Below, one piece after another: positions 59,617 to 64,000 of a stretch of 64,000 nucleotides of DNA (position 1 is its first letter; every line of letters starts with the position of its first letter). A model generated the notes under the pieces. That model was not told the DNA's origin and ran no database searches. It saw nothing but the letters and a program-made list of their open reading frames with translations. Source of the DNA: an uncultured Mollicutes bacterium (GTDB lineage Bacteria > Bacillota_I > Bacilli_A > RF39 > UBA660); NCBI GenBank assembly GCA_946500425.1, contig CAMMVQ010000001.1, positions 15,056 through 79,055 of the forward strand, in the 5' to 3' direction. Both the position numbers and the translations under genes were made by a program.

Positions 59617-60195
59617 ATGAAAAAGTTAGTGGCAGTATTACTAACTTTTTTTCTATTTTTAACGGGTTGTACGGTTGAAAAAATAGAAGATGACATAGAA
59701 ACCGACGGAATAAAGTTTAGTAAGGAATACCCGGTTGTATCAGAAGATAATTTATACGAGTACACAAACTATCAAAACGTTTATGATCTTATTGAAAACG
59801 GTACCGGAGTAGTTTACTTAGGATTTCCAGAATGTGATAGTTGTGATGTGGTCGTGGATGTTTTAAATGAAGTGGCCAAAGAAAAAGAAGTTGAAAAAAT
59901 ATACTATTATGATTTTAAGGAAATAAAAGAAAACAACACGGATGAATATAAGGAGTTAGTAAAGTTACTTTCTGATTATATAAATCAAGATGATAATGGA
60001 GAGAAAATAATTACCGCCCCAACAGTAATATTTATTAATGAAGGAACAATAGTTGGTGTATATACTAATACCATTAATTCTGATGAAAAAAAGATAATTA
60101 CTGATGAAGAAAAAGAAAAAGTTAAAAGTAATTTTTCTAGTATGATTGATAACGTGTTAAAAGAAGAAACTACGGAGGGTAAAACCGGTAATTAG
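59617..60195 (+). CDS. Lipoprotein (lipobox LTGC), unknown function
   Basis: MKKLVAVLLTFFLFLTGCTVEK signal with lipobox. CDSCD motif. Confidence 0.55.
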   Translation: MKKLVAVLLTFFLFLTGCTVEKIEDDIETDGIKFSKEYPVVSEDNLYEYTNYQNVYDLIENGTGVVYLGFPECDSCDVVVDVLNEVAKEKEVEKIYYYDFKEIKENNTDEYKELVKLLSDYINQDDNGEKIITAPTVIFINEGTIVGVYTNTINSDEKKIITDEEKEKVKSNFSSMIDNVLKEETTEGKTGN

Positions 60196-60304
60196 TTTCT
60201 TTTTTTATCGTAAAACTTTACACATAATTATAAGAATATTTACTAATTTTTAGTAAATTGCTATTATTAAAACATAGTATAAAACAAGTGATGGAGGAAT
60301 AAAA

Positions 60305-61270
60305 ATGGGTGTATTAAAAAATGAGGTAGGAAGACCGAGCAAAAAGACAAAAATAATAAGAGGAGTATTAAAAATAATAGGAATATTAATAGTAGTAGCG
60401 GTAGCTTTTTACGTAGGGTACGTTATTAAAGATAACGAAGATAAGAAAAAGAAAGATGATAATTATAAAACAGAAGAAAACATTAAAGAAGATAATTATA
60501 ATGAAGAAAATACTAAAGAAAAATTAAATGTTAATGATGAAAAGTTAGTGTCGTTGTTTAATCGTTTCAATGGTTTTAATGAGTATTTAGATATAATGTA
60601 TGATATATACTCTGATGGAAGAATAAATTATGAACCGACATCTTTATCTTCTTATTTCTATATTAACGATAGTTTAGAAAACGAAGATTTATCAGACGAA
60701 ATTAAATTTGGGGTTTCCTTTTATGATATATATTTAAGTGATAACCAAGATTTTAATATTTTTGATTCTAATTTTAGGTTTTACTTAAGTGAGATTAACA
60801 AAAAATCAAAAGAATTATTTGGTAGTGAAGTGAACGTTAATAATATATTATATTCAAATAATTATGTTAATGTTGGCGTTTTAGGAGCTGTATTTGAATA
60901 TAACGGTGAAGATAAATCATTTACCGTAGTAGGTGGCGGAGTTGGAGCAAGCGACTCATCGTCTTATTATACGAAGATAATAAAAGCAGAACAATTTAAT
61001 GATAGAATAGAAATAACTAATAAGGTTATATTTGTGTACCAAGCGGCCAATGAAAATGGTAATAATACTATAAAAGTGTTTAAGAATGTTACTAATGATT
61101 ATGATAATGGTTTTTTAGGTTTATCAGATGAAATAGATGATTTGGGTGAAACCACCATTAATAGTAAAATTATTGATGATTACGTTGATGATGCAAATTC
61201 ATTTAAGTGGACTTTCAAAAAAGATGCCGCCGGTAATTATATTTTTGAAAAGGTAGAAAAAATAGATTAA
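60305..61270 (+). CDS. Membrane-anchored hypothetical protein (N-terminal TM, D/N/E-rich extracellular part)
   Basis: TM ILKIIGILIVVAVAFYVGYVI. Confidence 0.45.
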   Translation: MGVLKNEVGRPSKKTKIIRGVLKIIGILIVVAVAFYVGYVIKDNEDKKKKDDNYKTEENIKEDNYNEENTKEKLNVNDEKLVSLFNRFNGFNEYLDIMYDIYSDGRINYEPTSLSSYFYINDSLENEDLSDEIKFGVSFYDIYLSDNQDFNIFDSNFRFYLSEINKKSKELFGSEVNVNNILYSNNYVNVGVLGAVFEYNGEDKSFTVVGGGVGASDSSSYYTKIIKAEQFNDRIEITNKVIFVYQAANENGNNTIKVFKNVTNDYDNGFLGLSDEIDDLGETTINSKIIDDYVDDANSFKWTFKKDAAGNYIFEKVEKID

Positions 61271-61290
61271 TCTAAGTAATTTAATATATA

Positions 61291-61318
61291 AAAGACTTGT
61301 ACAAAAGTCTTTTTTTAT
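61291..61318 (+). terminator. Rho-independent terminator
   Basis: aaagactt / aagtcttt stem followed by a T-run. Confidence 0.7.
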
Positions 61319-61348
61319 TATATAATATTTATACGAAAGAGGGATAGG

Positions 61349-61894
61349 ATGACAGAAGACATTATAAAAGAAACAGAAGATAAGATGATTAAAGCGATAG
61401 ATGTAATGGAAGAAAGATTTTTAAACGTTCGTGCGGGTCGTGCCAACCCAAGAATATTAGACAAGGTAGAAGTAGAGTATTATGGTGTTTCAACTCCCTT
61501 AATACAGTTAGCTACCATCTCGGTTCCAGAGGCACGTAAATTAGTTATTAAACCTTTTGATAGAAATTCTATAAATGCCATTGAAAAGGGAATCTTTGAA
61601 GCTAATATAGGACTTACTCCAAACAATAATGGTGAAACCATTATGCTTGTTATTCCAGAACTTACCGAAGAAAGAAGAAAAGAATACGTAAAGGAAGCTA
61701 AGTCTTTAGCAGAAGAAGCTAAAATAGCTCTAAGAAACATAAGACAAGATGCTAATAATGCCATTAAACGTTTAGAAGTACCAGAAGATGACCAAAAGGC
61801 ATCTCAAGATGAAGTTCAGGATTTAATAAATAAATATAATAAAATTATAGAAGAAAAGTTAAAAGCAAAAGAAGATGAATTAATGAGTATATAA
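61349..61894 (+). CDS. frr: Ribosome recycling factor
   Basis: ERFLNVRAGRANPRILDKVEVEYYG signature. 181 aa. Confidence 0.9.
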   Translation: MTEDIIKETEDKMIKAIDVMEERFLNVRAGRANPRILDKVEVEYYGVSTPLIQLATISVPEARKLVIKPFDRNSINAIEKGIFEANIGLTPNNNGETIMLVIPELTEERRKEYVKEAKSLAEEAKIALRNIRQDANNAIKRLEVPEDDQKASQDEVQDLINKYNKIIEEKLKAKEDELMSI

Positions 61895-61903
61895 ACAATA
61901 ACA

Positions 61904-61930
61904 AACAATAACTTTAGTTATTGTTTTTTC
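61904..61930 (+). terminator. Rho-independent terminator after frr
   Basis: aacaataact / agttattgtt stem followed by ttttttc. Confidence 0.7.
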
Positions 61931-62092
61931 TTTTAAAGTAAGTATAATTATTATAGTAGGGACTAATCACATGCAAGTTATGAATTTTGCTCTATTTCTA
62001 AAAATATTTTATATTATTATACGTTGTACTTTGGGTTAAAGAGTAATTTTAGGATATGGTTATAACACTTTGAAATAATAAAGGAGAACATA

Positions 62093-62716
62093 ATGTTTAT
62101 GGATAAAAATAATGAATTAGTTATTGATACATATAATCAAATTGCCAAAAAATATGATGAAAAATATGGTAGTGATTATAGTGACACAATATTTATTGAT
62201 AAATTTTTAGATTTATTAAATGGAAAAAATGTCTTAGACATTGGTTGTGGAGTTGGAAGTTTAACAAATTACATATATAGAAAAGGCTTTAATGTTACAG
62301 GTATTGATTTGGCAGATGAAATGTTAAGAATTGCTAAACAAAAATACAAAGATATTAATTTTGTGAGAATGGATATGAAAAATATTACTTTAAATCAAAA
62401 ATATGATGGTATAAGTGTATTGTATTCTTTATTTCATTTGTCAAAAAATGAAGTAATAAATGTTTTACCAAAATATCATGAATTATTAAATGAAAAAGGG
62501 AAAATGTTATTAATACTACAAAATGGTAGTGGTGAAAAGATAGTTGAAGAACCTTTGAATAAAAATTTTAAAATGTTTGTAAATTATTATTCTTTAGATG
62601 AAATAAAAGAAGTTTTAGAAAATAGTAAATTTAAAGTACTTTATACAGCATATAAAAAAGGTTGTGAAGGTTCACTTAGTGATACAAAATTAGTACTTTT
62701 ATGTGAAAAAGTATAA
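62093..62716 (+). CDS. Class I SAM-dependent methyltransferase
   Basis: Motif I VLDIGCGVGSLT. AAGGAG RBS. Confidence 0.75.
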   Translation: MFMDKNNELVIDTYNQIAKKYDEKYGSDYSDTIFIDKFLDLLNGKNVLDIGCGVGSLTNYIYRKGFNVTGIDLADEMLRIAKQKYKDINFVRMDMKNITLNQKYDGISVLYSLFHLSKNEVINVLPKYHELLNEKGKMLLILQNGSGEKIVEEPLNKNFKMFVNYYSLDEIKEVLENSKFKVLYTAYKKGCEGSLSDTKLVLLCEKV

Positions 62717-62842
62717 AAAATAGTAAATTTGATTTTGAATTTATTTTCTTCTTTCCTAGGGGGGATAACTTTAGTCATTTATACAAAATAACAACTTACG
62801 AACTTTTTACAGTTCATAAGTTGTCTTGAAATGGAGGAGAAT

Positions 62843-63499
62843 ATGAAAAAGAAAAATATTATTGTTTTAGTAATTCTTATATTGATGGCAATCTTTATTA
62901 GTTATTTTATGTTTGCTTCCGGAGTAACAAATAAGTTAAAAGGTGAATTATCTGGTATTTTTAAAGATAAAACAAGGTATACAAGTAGCCTTCCTGTTAT
63001 AACTTTTGTTGCTAATTCAAGTGGTGAAAGACTTGTAAATGATGATGTTGCAATAACCGTTAACGCGATTAGTAATAGTAAAATAACAAGTGTAGAATAC
63101 TCGCTTGATAGGGTAAAATGGATTAAAGCTTCCTTTGAAGAAGAAAATGGTGTCATAAATGCAAAAATAACTTTTAAAAACAGTATGAATAGTGACGTTT
63201 ATATCAAAGTGAAAAATGAAGATGGAAATCAAAGTTATTATTATAAAACAAGGGTTATGATTGATAAGGAAAAACCAATTATAAGTGTTGATAGCACGCC
63301 ATATTCTACGGTTATAAACTTAAGTGATAACTTTGGCCTTTCTTATTTACAGTATTCTAATGATAAATTAAACTGGGAAAACGAGGAACTTTCTGGTGAT
63401 ACGATGATGAGTGTTAATAAGCTTAACCTAGATTTTTCGTACGTAAGAGTGGTTGATAAAGCTGGTAACATAAGTGATGTAAAAATGGTAAACAAATAA
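62843..63499 (+). CDS. Signal/anchor-bearing extracellular protein (beta-rich, Ig-like?)
   Basis: N-terminal hydrophobic segment IIVLVILILMAIFISYFMFASG. GGAGGAG RBS. Confidence 0.45.
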   Translation: MKKKNIIVLVILILMAIFISYFMFASGVTNKLKGELSGIFKDKTRYTSSLPVITFVANSSGERLVNDDVAITVNAISNSKITSVEYSLDRVKWIKASFEEENGVINAKITFKNSMNSDVYIKVKNEDGNQSYYYKTRVMIDKEKPIISVDSTPYSTVINLSDNFGLSYLQYSNDKLNWENEELSGDTMMSVNKLNLDFSYVRVVDKAGNISDVKMVNK

Positions 63500-63515
63500 A
63501 ATTAAATTAAAATAT

Positions 63516-63780
63516 TTGACAAGGGTTATTATTATGATATAATATCTTTAGTTTTAAAAGCTATGAAGAAGAGTAGTAATAAGAAAAAAGCTTATAGAGA
63601 GTTAGCGGTTGGTGGAAGCTAATGGTAATATCTTATGAATTCGCTTTGGAGCTTAATAACCTAAAGTTATTACGTTGACTTGCGTTAAAAGTTTAAGTGC
63701 ATAGTAAATCTATGAAACAAGGTGGTACCACGGAGAATATTTCGTCCTTGATTTCATGGATTTTTTTAATAGGAGGAAAG
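63516..63780 (+). promoter_or_regulatory. Promoter (TTGACA-16-TGaTATAAT) plus T-box riboswitch leader for pheS
   Basis: T-box core acaAGGTGGTACCACGG at 63715-63735, followed by a short hairpin and a U7 run. gaaUUCg is a candidate Phe specifier. Confidence 0.6.
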
Positions 63781-63784
63781 TATT

Positions 63785-64000
63785 ATGGAAGAAAAAGTAA
63801 AAGAAATAAAAGAGTTATTTGAAGCAGATGTTTTAAACATTACTGATATGAAAACCTTAAATGATGTAAGGGTAAAATACCTAGGAAAACAAGGTATGGT
63901 AACAGAACTTTCAAAAAGTATGAAAGATGTTCCAAACGAACAAAAAAAGGAGTTCGGAATGCTTGTTAACGAAGTAAGAGTCTTTGTTACAAATGCATTA
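63785..64000 (+). CDS. pheS: Phenylalanyl-tRNA synthetase alpha subunit (N-terminal fragment; continues beyond the window)
   Basis: MEEKVKEIKELFEADVLNITDMKTLNDVRVKYLGKQGMVTEL matches the PheS N-terminus. AGGAGG RBS. Confidence 0.85.
   Translation, partial: MEEKVKEIKELFEADVLNITDMKTLNDVRVKYLGKQGMVTELSKSMKDVPNEQKKEFGMLVNEVRVFVTNAL

Noticed and set aside
1-64000. CRISPR arrays, rRNA or tRNA genes
   Set aside because: No regularly spaced direct repeats and no rRNA-like or cloverleaf-like conserved segments were noticed by eye. A tRNAscan or Infernal run would be needed to exclude small RNAs.

Overview
This is a low-GC (about 30%) bacterial chromosomal segment. TGA is used as a stop codon (genes ending at 26382 and 36548) and TGG encodes Trp, so the standard code 11 applies. 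It most likely comes from an anaerobic Bacillota/Firmicutes lineage, because it carries pyruvate:ferredoxin oxidoreductase, rubrerythrin with a PerR-like Fur regulator, T-box leaders and SipW-type signal peptides. Nearly all genes lie on the + strand; only two are on the - strand.

The window is mostly core housekeeping: ABC-F ATPase, YebC/YeeN, serS, tdk, a MurD-family ligase, miaB with ymcA, tyrS, RNase J, typA/bipA, PFOR, rlmD, priA, rpsB-tsf-frr and the start of pheS.

Several less ordinary loci are interleaved with these:
- A three-gene cassette in which a HipA_C-like kinase sits between two paralogous helical proteins, with a second paralogous kinase 10 kb away.
- A PP-loop ATPase translationally coupled to the MurD-family ligase, which may be a MurL/MurD2-like pair.
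- SipW-signal secreted proteins, one apparently frameshifted at a homopolymer and carrying a G7 tract in its promoter.
- An ~80-nt leader segment duplicated 20 kb apart.
- A secreted 136-aa protein followed by a LanFEG-like ABC system.
- A Cys-rich tandem-repeat surface protein.
- Decayed HEPN and nucleotidyltransferase remnants.
- An Rpn-family nuclease and an ORF6N-domain protein.
- rpsB with a long C-terminal extension, and an rpsB-tsf-frr locus lacking pyrH.

No rRNA, tRNA or CRISPR array was recognised.
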